Positions 1 to 9,921 of a DNA stretch of 64,000 nt are shown here, one piece after another. This DNA is from Candidatus Poribacteria bacterium (GTDB lineage: Bacteria > Poribacteria > WGA-4E > WGA-3G). Positions within the stretch are counted from its first letter, which is position 1. The number at the start of each line of letters is the position of its first letter. The notes below the pieces were generated by a model. It was not told the DNA's origin and did not search any database. It worked only from the letters and a program-made list of their open reading frames with translations. The stretch is taken from assembly GCA_963663765.2 (NCBI GenBank), contig CAXXUA010000005.1:128001-192000 (forward strand), written 5' to 3'. A program made the translations under genes and the position numbers.

Positions 1-112
1 GGGAACCACTCCTACCCATGTGTCCCTTCAGTGTAGACTCTTATACATATATACCTATGTTGGGAGGTGATACGTAATCAACCATCTTCCACATTCTGAG
101 ACTAAATTGCTT

Positions 113-1336
113 TTAACTATCTTGATATACAGCTGCAGCAGCACTCACCGCAGTACCAGCATCAACACGGTATCCGAATTCAATGAGGAGTTTTTCAATA
201 GCATATAGAACCAGCAGCACGTTCTGTTCGTTCGCAGCATCACCCATGAGGCCAATACGCCATGCATTACCAGCAAATATACCTAATCCACCACCGATTT
301 CAATCCCATAATCTTGTATGAGACGTTTTCGGATAGTAACATCGTCAATACCATCAGGTATACGGAGTGTCGTTAACATCGGGGCGCGATGGTTTGCTGT
401 GGCAGCAGGTTGTAGACCGATTGCTTCTGCACCAACTATCAGCGCGTTGGCATTCCGTTCATGACGTGCATATCGTTCTGATAGTCCCTCTTCCACAACA
501 ACGCGTAGTGCTTCACGCAGTGCATAAATCATGGACATAGAGACGGTGTGGTGATACTTACGCGTGTCACCCATCCAGTATTCTTCAAGCAGTGTCACAT
601 CCATGTAGAAACTCTGAATCTTCGTTGAGCGACTATGAATCACTTCAACTGCACGATCACTAAAACTGATTGGAGAAAGACCTGGAGGACCAGCTAAACA
701 TTTCTGTGTGCAGCTGTAGGCGATGTCAATCCCGCGTGCATCCATATCAACAGCTTGTCCACCAAGGGACGTAACACAATCTGCTAGCAACAACGCCCCA
801 TTTTCATGAGCAATTTCTATTATCTGTTCTAAAGGCTGCAAAATACCAGTAGATGTTTCGCCATGCACTATCCCAATCAATTTTGGAATAACTTCGTCGC
901 ATGCTTCAGCAATCCGTTCCGGTTTTATAATATCTCCCCATTCAGCCTCAACAGAAATTACGTTTGCGCCACATCTTTCTGCAATATCTGCAATTCTACC
1001 TCCGAAGTAGCCATTTATACCAACAACTACCGCATCACCAGGTTCAATTACGTTTGTAAGTGCTGTTTCCATCCCCGCAGTACCTGTGCCAGAAACAGGA
1101 TAAGTAACCCTATTTTGCGTGCCATAAACTTGCCGTATCAATGAAACGGTATCATCCATCACAACAACAAAATCGGAATCTAAATACCCAAGCATAGGCG
1201 TTGTCATCGCTTTTAGCACACGCGGGTTTGCTATACTGGGACCAGGACCAAGTAGGATACGTGAAGGTACTCTTAATTCGTCATGCACTATTCTATAACT
1301 CCTTCCTTTTTTAAACACACTTACGAGTGCTACCAA
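113..1336 (-). CDS. Alanine-glyoxylate/serine-pyruvate aminotransferase family protein (class V PLP)
   Basis: LLGPGPS, GTGTAGME, VHGETSTG, DCVTSLGG and SCTQKCL (PLP Lys) motifs; true start may lie a few codons inside the ORF. Confidence 0.9.
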   Translation of the reverse strand: MVALVSVFKKGRSYRIVHDELRVPSRILLGPGPSIANPRVLKAMTTPMLGYLDSDFVVVMDDTVSLIRQVYGTQNRVTYPVSGTGTAGMETALTNVIEPGDAVVVGINGYFGGRIADIAERCGANVISVEAEWGDIIKPERIAEACDEVIPKLIGIVHGETSTGILQPLEQIIEIAHENGALLLADCVTSLGGQAVDMDARGIDIAYSCTQKCLAGPPGLSPISFSDRAVEVIHSRSTKIQSFYMDVTLLEEYWMGDTRKYHHTVSMSMIYALREALRVVVEEGLSERYARHERNANALIVGAEAIGLQPAATANHRAPMLTTLRIPDGIDDVTIRKRLIQDYGIEIGGGLGIFAGNAWRIGLMGDAANEQNVLLVLYAIEKLLIEFGYRVDAGTAVSAAAAVYQDS

Positions 1337-1416
1337 AAGATTGACAGTAATTCCGGTGTGTAAAATTGATTAAAGTAAATTTTGCAAGGTAAAACGACTA
1401 TTGTAATAAAACAGAA

Positions 1417-1442
1417 TAGGGACAGGTAAAATACCTGCCCCT
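1417..1442 (-). terminator. Probable intrinsic terminator of the TPR gene
   Basis: Hairpin TAGGGACAGGTA-AAA-TACCTGCCCCTA followed on the minus strand by TTCTGTTTT. Confidence 0.55.
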
Positions 1443-1471
1443 ATGAAATACAGGCAACGTCTACCAGATGA

Positions 1472-4400
1472 TTAATTATCCTCCTCAGCATCATGTCGCA
1501 CATCCGGTATATTTTCAGCTGTCATGTAGTCTCTAATCTGGTTCCGCTTGCGGAGACAGTATTCAATCGCATCCTTGACCTGAGTGTCAGTTGGGTCTCT
1601 CAAAGCATATTTGTTTGGTAAGTACTTGAAGTAATACAATGCGTCAGGATAATAAACTGCTTCTTTATTTGCGAGCATTGTATACGCATCCCCTAACCTG
1701 CCGTAAGAGAGGTCACCATACTTAGTGTCAGGATAATCCTTAGCGACCGCTTTGAAGAGTTTAATTACTGCTTCAAGGTCGGACTTTTTGCCGGATCGCT
1801 GTGCCACCCCGAGTGTTTTACGTGCATGCTCATATTCATTGTGCGCAAGGTAACTCAAGGTGTCATTACGGAACGTTTGTGCTTTGGCTTTGGATTCAGC
1901 ACTCAGTCCGGGTGAAGCTATTGCCCGTTCATAATTCTCAATCGCTAATCGGAATAGACGAATTTGATCTGTCTGTTCAAGATTAGGATCTAGAGCGGAG
2001 TTATAGTGGTTATTCCCGATGTTGATGAACGCATCACCCGCGAATTTGCTGTCTTTAAACTCCTTTACAAGAATCTCATTTGTCTCAAAAAGTTTGTCAA
2101 GAAACGCTTTTTCAGCTTCTGCATCACCATCTTCTTTTGCAGTTTCAGACAGATACTGATAACATGTCGCAATAGCATACAAGGATTCGGGAGACTTTTC
2201 ATGAGCTTTGTTAACTCGCCTAACCTTGTCATATTCTATGATTGCCTTGTCATATTGTTCGGTTGTATAGAATGCTTCTCCTGACTGATATTGCCAGAGT
2301 GCTGCATCCTTAGCATTTGGGAAGCGTTTGACAAGATCATTGAACACTTTTGATGAATTTGCAAAGTACGCGATAGCTTGGGGAGACATCTCTTCGTCTA
2401 AACCGACTTGCATCCGTCCTAAGTCATAGTTCGCATTGGCTAAGTAAGTCAAAGCAGTTTCAACATTACTCGTCAAGTCATCAGAAGCGGGGAATACCTT
2501 AGTATCCGCATATTGCACATAAGTGGTTAATGGGTCAACGCATTGTAACAATTCTGCACGACGTTTGAGTCCAATACCGACGGAATAATAGATCTGTCCC
2601 GCTTGGAAAAGCGAACTTTGCGCATACGGTAATACAGTCTCTTTATCCGCTTTTTCTATAGGTGCAGCAAGTTTAGTGACCTCTATGAAGGAAGCACCTG
2701 CCAACCCACTCATATCAACATAAGGCTGCAGTTCAGTTCCCGGTTCGCCAGAAAAGAGCGAACGCGCTTTATTGGAATAAAGTGATCCAAGCTTGTACTG
2801 TGCAGAAACTTTTCCTGAGACTGTCGCATACGGATTATCCTTCAATTTTTTCAAAGAGACTTCCGCCTCTGCAATTGCCTCATCTATACGTCCCAATTTG
2901 ATAAATAGATCTGACTGACGCAGACTCGCATCGCCTACCATTGAAGCAACACCGGCATTCTCCTCAGAACTATAGTCTGTAATTAAGTTCTGGAATACTT
3001 CCAACGCCTTGTCAGGTTGATTAACTTTTTCCTGATAAATCAGTCCCATTCTATACAAGGATTGTGCTTTGACCAAGTTATCTGCCAATTGCGTAGCGTT
3101 CTGGTAATTTTTCAGAGCTTCCTCATACAACTTAAGGTGCTCATCTTGAGCATAAGCCATCGCGAAGTAGGAACGACCTTTCAGGTCTTCTTCTTCGGTA
3201 TTTGCAATAATATATTGATACTCTTTTACTGCAGCTTGATAATTACCTTCACCCGTGTGTAATTCAGCGAGTCTGGAGTGTGATTGAGAAATTAGATTGA
3301 TACGTATATTGTCTTGCGTCTGACCTTCAAGTGCAGTAACTCGCGTGAACGCATCAATTGCACCTTTATTGTCTTTCAACCCCAACTTTGACAAACCGAG
3401 TGTATAACCTGCACTGATGCGATTGTCAACGTTTTCTGTCATTTCCCAGACCTTATCTGCTGCACTTGCGGCATTCATATAGGCGTTCTTCGCACCATCA
3501 ACATCGGTATCTTCACTTTTTCTTGCAATTTGGTAATAGCAAACCGCTGCTTGATATTGAGCATTCGGTGCAATGTCACTGTCAGGGTAACTTTCAACAA
3601 ACTTCAGATATGCCGAAAGTGCCTCCTGATAACGTTCCTTACCATAGTACTCATGCCCAATTTTCAATTGTGATCGCATACGGGTATCATCGGTAGCACC
3701 AGGGTTATCAATGATTCGCTGTAGATTCGCGATCTTACTGTCAATATCATCAGGGTTCGTGTTTTCCAGGGCAGTAACTTTTACAAGATCAATACGTCCG
3801 AGTGTTCTTAGAATAGCACTCTCATCGCTACTGGCAAATTTCTCGTTTGCTTGATCTGCTACCTGCAGTATGAGTGGCCATTTGGACGTATCTCCATGTT
3901 TTTGGGCAGCATCCTGATAGACTAATACCAAACCGAAAAATGCTTCAATTGCGTTTGGACTGTCACCATAATCTGATATCACTTTATTGAAGGCAGCTGA
4001 AGCTTGTTCAACAAGTTCAGGCTTATCAGACGATGCGTAGTAATAGCAAAGTCCTACGAAGTAAAGCGCGTCATCAGCATATTCACCTACTGGATTACTG
4101 TCAACAACTGCTTGATACTGCTTAGCTGCTTCTTCATACCGTTCATCGCTACGAAGTAAGTCGGCAAGTTTTATCTCAGCTAATGAGAGATTATTTTTAT
4201 CAGTAAGTTTCGGTAGTATTGAATCGTAATAGGTGATAGCTTGGGATTTATCTCCCTGTTTCACATAACTATTAGCAATCAATAGGAGTGCACGTTGAAA
4301 ATAATCGCTGGTTTCGGTAATCATTGCATACCGTTCCCGTGCTGTATCCCAGTCACCAAGCATTTCATGTGAAAGTGCTTCATTCATGATACATGCCTCA

Positions 4401-6184
4401 ACTTGGTTTATACGCTCAGGGAGAAAGTCTTGATAACGTCCTTCATTGACACCAGGCAGAAACGCATCATCAGAGAACATCTGTATCGCATCTTGATATG
4501 CTGTAATAGATTTCTGTAGATATTCTGTATTGAAACTATCCGAAGGATCTCCATCTTGATAGCCTTCAGGTTTGGCAGCTTCAAAAAATGAGCGACCTTC
4601 GTAGAATTTACCCATCAATTTTACAAGATGGAACTTCGGTAGGGGTCGGTAATCCCATAACTTAGCATATTCTTCTGCGGCTTCAATATATTGGTGAAAC
4701 TCTGTGCGTTTCATATCGGCGAAACGTAGTTGTACCTCTGCTGCAAGAATGTCATATTCGTTATGGTTTTTGTTCTTTTCAATAAACTCATGGGCAACTC
4801 TCTCAAGTTCTTCCTTACGATCCAAATCATTCAAAGTCCAAATTGCCCCATACAACGCATGGGGTGCAACTGGATTTTCGGGGAACTCATCAACAGTTTT
4901 CTGATACCATTGTAAGGCAAGTTCAAGTGTAGCAGTCCCCTCTTCAGTCTGACCTGAAACATTCTGATTGCTACCTAACTTATAATATGCCTCTCCAATT
5001 TGATACGCGCTATAAGGGGTAAAATCAAGTGATGCGCCTTCAGAACTTAGAAGTTGGCTCTCTTCGTGATCAATTACCGCTTTATATGCAACAATCGCTT
5101 CATCCCAGTTTTCCAATCGAAAATTACTATCAGCTATACCCAGCTTTGCATCACCTTTGAACGTACTTTCGGGATATTCATCAATCAGTTTTGTATAGGC
5201 GATAATAGCATTCTCATAATCGGCTTGATCGTAGTAAGTCTGACCAATAGCAGATTGAATCTCTGATTTGAGAGCTAAGTCTGCTGTATTCTGTAAAGAC
5301 AACTCATAATTTACACGTGCGTTATCATAGTCTTTTTGCTTTGCATAAATACTACCTTGGTCAAAATAGGCTGCGGTCACAAGATTGTGTGAAGGAAATT
5401 GCGTAATAAAGTTTGTATAACGGCTTATCGCTTCATCGTGTCTATCAAGTTGGTTCAGACTGTAAGCTGCTTTATACATGGCCTCCCCATGCAGTTCAGC
5501 ATAATTCTTAAATTCCTCAGTAGCAAACTTGTCAAATTCCGGATATGCCTGTTCAAAGTTTTCTTCATCAAGGAACGACTGAGCAATAAGCATCTGCGCG
5601 TCGTCTTTAAAGTCTGAATTCGGGTAATTAGCGAGAACATTATTGAAGGCTGTCCGACATTCCTGAAAGTTTTCCAACTTATAATTTAGTTGTCCGATAG
5701 AATAATATGCTTTCTCTACTTGTATACTGGTTGGAAAGTTTGCAATTAGTTCTTCAAACTTTGCTTCTGCTTCTGCATATTTCTCTTGTAGATTAAGCAC
5801 ATGTCCCCACAGAAATGTTAAACCTTCTTGATGTGCGGATATTGTTGCATCTGGCGCGACCTTTTCAATATATTCAATCGCTGTATTATAGTGGTTGGCA
5901 TCACCCGATTTTTCTGCTAAATAACTATAGGATACCGCAATCTTAAAGTTAGCCAATGTCGTGAAATCTTTATCAATCACTTCAGTTTTAACACCGCGTT
6001 TCTTTGATTCTTCAAGTGCCTCAGTATATTTAGCGATCGCACCTTCATAATCTTTCTGATTATACATGGCTTCGGCAGATTTAAAGAGTTCCTCAACTTT
6101 TTTAGAACTCCCCATCAAAAAAGGTGAAAGCAGAGCTACGACCAAGGCGAGACCACCAATTACACCCAAAATTCTTGGATTCAT
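1472..6184 (-). CDS. Very large tetratricopeptide-repeat (BamD/CpoB-like TPR) protein with N-terminal membrane anchor, about 1570 aa
   Basis: Many TPR motifs (e.g. YYSIGQLNYKLENFQECRTAFNNVLANYPNS); ATG at 6184 has an AGGAG RBS; the 28-codon upstream extension runs into a MITE. Confidence 0.85.
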   Translation of the reverse strand: MNPRILGVIGGLALVVALLSPFLMGSSKKVEELFKSAEAMYNQKDYEGAIAKYTEALEESKKRGVKTEVIDKDFTTLANFKIAVSYSYLAEKSGDANHYNTAIEYIEKVAPDATISAHQEGLTFLWGHVLNLQEKYAEAEAKFEELIANFPTSIQVEKAYYSIGQLNYKLENFQECRTAFNNVLANYPNSDFKDDAQMLIAQSFLDEENFEQAYPEFDKFATEEFKNYAELHGEAMYKAAYSLNQLDRHDEAISRYTNFITQFPSHNLVTAAYFDQGSIYAKQKDYDNARVNYELSLQNTADLALKSEIQSAIGQTYYDQADYENAIIAYTKLIDEYPESTFKGDAKLGIADSNFRLENWDEAIVAYKAVIDHEESQLLSSEGASLDFTPYSAYQIGEAYYKLGSNQNVSGQTEEGTATLELALQWYQKTVDEFPENPVAPHALYGAIWTLNDLDRKEELERVAHEFIEKNKNHNEYDILAAEVQLRFADMKRTEFHQYIEAAEEYAKLWDYRPLPKFHLVKLMGKFYEGRSFFEAAKPEGYQDGDPSDSFNTEYLQKSITAYQDAIQMFSDDAFLPGVNEGRYQDFLPERINQVEACIMNEALSHEMLGDWDTARERYAMITETSDYFQRALLLIANSYVKQGDKSQAITYYDSILPKLTDKNNLSLAEIKLADLLRSDERYEEAAKQYQAVVDSNPVGEYADDALYFVGLCYYYASSDKPELVEQASAAFNKVISDYGDSPNAIEAFFGLVLVYQDAAQKHGDTSKWPLILQVADQANEKFASSDESAILRTLGRIDLVKVTALENTNPDDIDSKIANLQRIIDNPGATDDTRMRSQLKIGHEYYGKERYQEALSAYLKFVESYPDSDIAPNAQYQAAVCYYQIARKSEDTDVDGAKNAYMNAASAADKVWEMTENVDNRISAGYTLGLSKLGLKDNKGAIDAFTRVTALEGQTQDNIRINLISQSHSRLAELHTGEGNYQAAVKEYQYIIANTEEEDLKGRSYFAMAYAQDEHLKLYEEALKNYQNATQLADNLVKAQSLYRMGLIYQEKVNQPDKALEVFQNLITDYSSEENAGVASMVGDASLRQSDLFIKLGRIDEAIAEAEVSLKKLKDNPYATVSGKVSAQYKLGSLYSNKARSLFSGEPGTELQPYVDMSGLAGASFIEVTKLAAPIEKADKETVLPYAQSSLFQAGQIYYSVGIGLKRRAELLQCVDPLTTYVQYADTKVFPASDDLTSNVETALTYLANANYDLGRMQVGLDEEMSPQAIAYFANSSKVFNDLVKRFPNAKDAALWQYQSGEAFYTTEQYDKAIIEYDKVRRVNKAHEKSPESLYAIATCYQYLSETAKEDGDAEAEKAFLDKLFETNEILVKEFKDSKFAGDAFINIGNNHYNSALDPNLEQTDQIRLFRLAIENYERAIASPGLSAESKAKAQTFRNDTLSYLAHNEYEHARKTLGVAQRSGKKSDLEAVIKLFKAVAKDYPDTKYGDLSYGRLGDAYTMLANKEAVYYPDALYYFKYLPNKYALRDPTDTQVKDAIEYCLRKRNQIRDYMTAENIPDVRHDAEEDN

Positions 6185-6210
6185 CACATTCTCCTTTAAG
6201 TCTAATATTA

Positions 6211-6313
6211 TATGGTAGATTTTAGAATTAATTATACTATCAGAAATGGTGCAGTTAAAAATCCCCACCTACCGTGTTAAGAAAGTATATAAATTATTTT
6301 AAAATTAACCATA
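6211..6313. mobile_element. MITE-like element, family T (TATGGT...ACCATA ends), degenerate interior
   Basis: TATGGTAGATTTTAGAATTAATTATACT ... AGTATATAAATTATTTTAAAATTAACCATA inverted ends like other copies; REP remnant CCTACC inside. Confidence 0.65.
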
Positions 6314-6480
6314 ATAAGAAAACTACACGGGTGAACTTGAAATTCAGTTTCACCCTATCAATTTTGTCAAATACGGGTTGGATCACACTATCCACCCAGT
6401 CATACTTTAGAAATACCTTGATAATTAATAATTCAAGGTAGAATATAAGACATTATAATGTCCTTCGATTCACAAATTAT

Positions 6481-7383
6481 TCACAATTTACTTATATCAT
6501 AAGGTTCAGGAATAGTTAGTAATTCCGATGGTACATGCATTAAATGCCCAACAAATCCAGACAATTTACGGTACTTGAGTTGGTATTTCTCATATATTGG
6601 AGCATCATGCAAATCCAACGGGAGTGTCGCATAATCATTATCTTGCAAAAGCGGTTGGCTACCCTGGATATCAGGTTGAGAAACAACAATCAAATCTGTA
6701 TCCGTAGCATCTCCAGGAATAGCATCATCTTTGCTTACATGCATTACGATGATGTAATCTTCAGTATTGTTTGCCTTCGGTTCAGAGAGTTTCCAATAGT
6801 CTACTTTCTCAACATTTGCTGCTGATGTAGGCGAATTCACAGCACTTGAAGACTTCCGCTTAGTTCTACGTTCGCTGTAACTTCCCTGTTCTAACTCCGA
6901 ACTCGTATCAAGTTTTCCAGAGTCTATCTCATCAAGAAACACGATTGGTGGAGAAGTTGGGGTTTGGTTTAACAAGTGTGTCACGACAAATCCTGTTACT
7001 ATTAACAAGATGAGGGCACATAACGGTAAACCGTTCTTTCTAAGTAGACTTTCACTACTAAAACTCTGGCGAACCTGTGTGGTAAACATCCAGATGATTT
7101 GCGCAACCATTGTTCTTATGCGTTGATCAAAATGTGTTGGTCCCCTATTTTCAATACAACGATGCAATTCCACCTCAAATTGATGAAAATAATTTTCTGA
7201 TGCTACAGGTTCAACATAGAAATCAACGACAAGATCACGTGTCTTTTTAAATGCAACGACCTCGTGTCGACAAATAGAGCACAATCGTAGGTGCTTTTCT
7301 ATGTTTGCAGCATCACGAGATGATAATGCACCATCTATATAGTCAGATATAAAACGTTGTATGTTATTACATATAAGTTTCAT
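6481..7383 (-). CDS. Zinc-finger (ZAS) anti-sigma factor, single transmembrane helix
   Basis: N-terminal zf-HC2 pattern (YIDGAL...HLRLCSIC), hydrophobic helix, directly downstream of an ECF sigma gene. Confidence 0.8.
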   Translation of the reverse strand: MKLICNNIQRFISDYIDGALSSRDAANIEKHLRLCSICRHEVVAFKKTRDLVVDFYVEPVASENYFHQFEVELHRCIENRGPTHFDQRIRTMVAQIIWMFTTQVRQSFSSESLLRKNGLPLCALILLIVTGFVVTHLLNQTPTSPPIVFLDEIDSGKLDTSSELEQGSYSERRTKRKSSSAVNSPTSAANVEKVDYWKLSEPKANNTEDYIIVMHVSKDDAIPGDATDTDLIVVSQPDIQGSQPLLQDNDYATLPLDLHDAPIYEKYQLKYRKLSGFVGHLMHVPSELLTIPEPYDISKL

Positions 7384-7478
7384 AATAATTGTCGGTTTTC
7401 AGCTAATTCGCTGTCTGTTGAAACCGCTCTTAAAGAAAAACTAACACTTCAATCTTGATTCAACAAAAAATAATTTTT

Positions 7479-8066
7479 TTACAAATTTTTAGTAGCATCA
7501 ACATAGGGTTTTAATAAATTTCTGAGTTGTTTCCGGGCATAGTGCAATCTTGAACGAACTGTACCTTCTGAACAGTTTAGGATTGATGCTATCTCGGCAT
7601 GTGTTAACCCTTCTAATTCATGTAGGATGACCACAATACGATGTTTGAGTGACAGGCTACTTACTGCTTTCGTCACCCAGTGTCGTAATTCAGCTTTCTC
7701 AGCTTGTATTTGCGGGTCGTTCTTTATGTCAAACTTATGCCGTACATCTGGATGAAATTCAGACTCTTCTGTCGTTGCAAGGGGTATTTCACGACGACGT
7801 TCCCTACGTTTAACAAAGTTGAGTGCTTCATTAACTGCTATACGATATATCCATGTTTCAAAAGCCGCCTCCTGCCGAAAACTATGAATTGACTGATGCA
7901 CCTTAATAAAGGTTTCTTGCATAACATCATTAGCATCCTCGTGGTTCTTCGTAATCTGCATCGCCAGACGATGCACCATACGTTTATACTTCGCAACCAA
8001 CGGTGCTAATGCCGTTTCATCTCCTTCACGGAGATGGTCTATGAGTAATGCTTCAGTCCTTTCCAC
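7479..8066 (-). CDS. ECF sigma-70 factor (RpoE/SigW-like)
   Basis: Region 2 (DANDVMQETFIKV, FETWIYRIAVN) and region 4 (EIASILNCSEGTVRSRLHYAR); GTG start with GAGGAG RBS. Confidence 0.92.
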   Translation of the reverse strand: MERTEALLIDHLREGDETALAPLVAKYKRMVHRLAMQITKNHEDANDVMQETFIKVHQSIHSFRQEAAFETWIYRIAVNEALNFVKRRERRREIPLATTEESEFHPDVRHKFDIKNDPQIQAEKAELRHWVTKAVSSLSLKHRIVVILHELEGLTHAEIASILNCSEGTVRSRLHYARKQLRNLLKPYVDATKNL

Positions 8067-8093
8067 GAAAATTTCTCCTCTCGGCTTCTATTA

Positions 8094-8121
8094 TTAGACA
8101 ACACATTTTTTGAAACTGTTC
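8094..8121 (-). promoter_or_regulatory. Putative ECF (sigmaE-type) autoregulatory promoter
   Basis: Minus strand GAACAG-N16-GTCTAA, 28 nt upstream of the sigma start; resembles GAACTT-N16-GTCTAA. Confidence 0.5.
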
Positions 8122-8131
8122 AATGTTTCTG

Positions 8132-8324
8132 ATGAAGATTAATTTATTAATTCAGTAATAAATATTTCTCACACGGTAGGCGTGCTTTGTAAGCGCGCTG
8201 CTCGAATTTTCATGTGTCAGCGCGCTTACAAAGCACCAAATCAACGGTATGAATGCCATTTAGGCATTCCCCGCCTACCACGGTGGGTTAGATAGAATTT
8301 CCTACTTTATTTATAAATTTTCAT
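8132..8324. mobile_element. MITE-like element, family A (ATGAAGATT ends), carrying an inverted GTAG-REP pair and one 36-bp micro-insert (8237-8272)
   Basis: Homologous to 19107-19375 and 19661-19816; GGTAGGCGTGCTTTGTAAGCGCGC ... GCGCGCTTACAAAGCAC[insert]GCCTACC. Confidence 0.8.
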
Positions 8325-8699
8325 AAAAACATTATAGCATAAATTCATATTTAAGTGACTTATTTATGGTGAAAATTGAAAATAAGTATACATTTCTACA
8401 ATTTACCATATTGGCTGTAAGTGATTTTGGTGCGCCTTGTTTGTATTAGAAAAAAGTTTGGAATTCATTTGTGTGTATGGGTAATATTATACCTTATGGT
8501 GGTGTGGGTTTGTTGTGTTTTTTGTATTGAGAACAGTATAAATCATGTAAAATCTATTGGGATTCTATTGTTGAAATGTCCTCCAACAAAGATGTTTCGT
8601 GTCATATTGAATGCCTATATTATCATTACCGTATAGGTATTACACTAAAAATAGGTTTTTTTATAGAAAATGCGATTCTAAACCGAATTGGGTTTCAAT

Positions 8700-8732
8700 A
8701 AAAAAGGACAGCATATCCAAGATACGCTGTCC
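8700..8732 (-). terminator. Intrinsic terminator of the Ig-like lipoprotein gene
   Basis: GGACAGC...GCTGTCC stem followed by a T run on the minus strand, about 22 nt after the stop. Confidence 0.7.
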
Positions 8733-8754
8733 AGTCAGCTAAATAAACAATAAT

Positions 8755-9417
8755 TTACTCTTTAGCTTTAGTGGTAAACGAGAAACTGACATCCCCTGAG
8801 TTTCCAGCAGCATCTGTGGCAGTACCTTCAACTGTATATTCAGTCTCGTTGCTAAGGTTTTGATTAGCACTTCCAGTGAGGGTTACTGTATCGTTATCAA
8901 TGGAAACTGTCCAACCAACATCGTCGCCATCATCTAATAACATGATTTCAGCACTTGCGATAGCTTCGTTGAACGTGATTGTTATAGTGTCTTCAAAGAC
9001 AACTGCTGGGTCAAGGTCTTCAGCACCATTTTCTGGATTACTCGCTGTGACTTCTGGTGCAGTTTCATCTGCTTCAACGACGGTGTATTCTATAGAAGCG
9101 CTGCCTTCGCCATCATCAGGACCGTTTTCCCATGTAATATTAATGGTAAGGGCACCAAGGTCAAAGGGGCCTTTTATTGTTCGACCTTCAACGGTACCAG
9201 CATCCGCAGTAATTGTTCCTGGGCTTCCAGTGAATTTCAATGTGATATCTTGGTTTGCTGCGAGTTCACCTCCGCTATCTGGTGTAGCACCATTAAACAT
9301 AGCTTCGGCTGCATCACCATCGCCATCATCATCATCATCGTCTCCACCACAACCAACCGCGTAAACAGCGAGCAGTGCCGCCATGACTATAGCCAAGGTT
9401 CTAAAAAAAAGTTTCAT
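8755..9417 (-). CDS. Acidic lipoprotein with Ig-like (Big_5/SbsA-type) domain pair
   Basis: Lipobox AVGC; DETAPEV...TITFNE...ATDAAGN...FSFTT; homologous to the repeat unit of 19949-22897. Confidence 0.8.
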   Translation of the reverse strand: MKLFFRTLAIVMAALLAVYAVGCGGDDDDDDGDGDAAEAMFNGATPDSGGELAANQDITLKFTGSPGTITADAGTVEGRTIKGPFDLGALTINITWENGPDDGEGSASIEYTVVEADETAPEVTASNPENGAEDLDPAVVFEDTITITFNEAIASAEIMLLDDGDDVGWTVSIDNDTVTLTGSANQNLSNETEYTVEGTATDAAGNSGDVSFSFTTKAKE

Positions 9418-9921
9418 GAGTAGGTAACTCCTTAATTAAGGTTTATCAGAATGTAACGTACCTTTGTATCAGGTACTTTCAATTAAATAATGTATTTAAA
9501 AATGGGGTTCCCGATTTGTAGTTTGTTTGTATCGACAATTGCCGTGGAAACCGACCATTATATCAATGTTTAGTCAAAAATTTCAGACTATTTCGTTTGC
9601 CTCCTTCTGCGAAATGCAGAAGTTAGACGGTGCTTTGAGGATAAAACTTTCTAATGAACTGTAACCTCTTAAATACCATTGAATAAGTAATTTCAGTTCC
9701 GAAAGTCAACGCCCAAACTCTGTACCTTTATAGTTTAGCAAATTTTGCAAAACCTGTAAAGATAAAAAAAGAAATTTTCACATAATATTATACAATATTT
9801 GATTGATTTTGTAAAGTGAAAATTAATTTTTTCATTTAGTTGCTTAAATATATCATAATTTCATAATTTTTACAAGAAAAATTCGTTAACATCTATCAGA
9901 TTATTTTAAATCTGCCGACAA

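Noticed and set aside
6185-6268. 28-codon N-terminal extension of the TPR ORF
   Set aside because: Runs into a MITE; the ATG at 6184 has the RBS and precedes the hydrophobic anchor
9540-9620. c-di-GMP-I riboswitch suggested by GGCAAAC...GAAA on the minus strand
   Set aside because: I could not form the P2 stem or find the GACGCAAAGC element; needs an Infernal search
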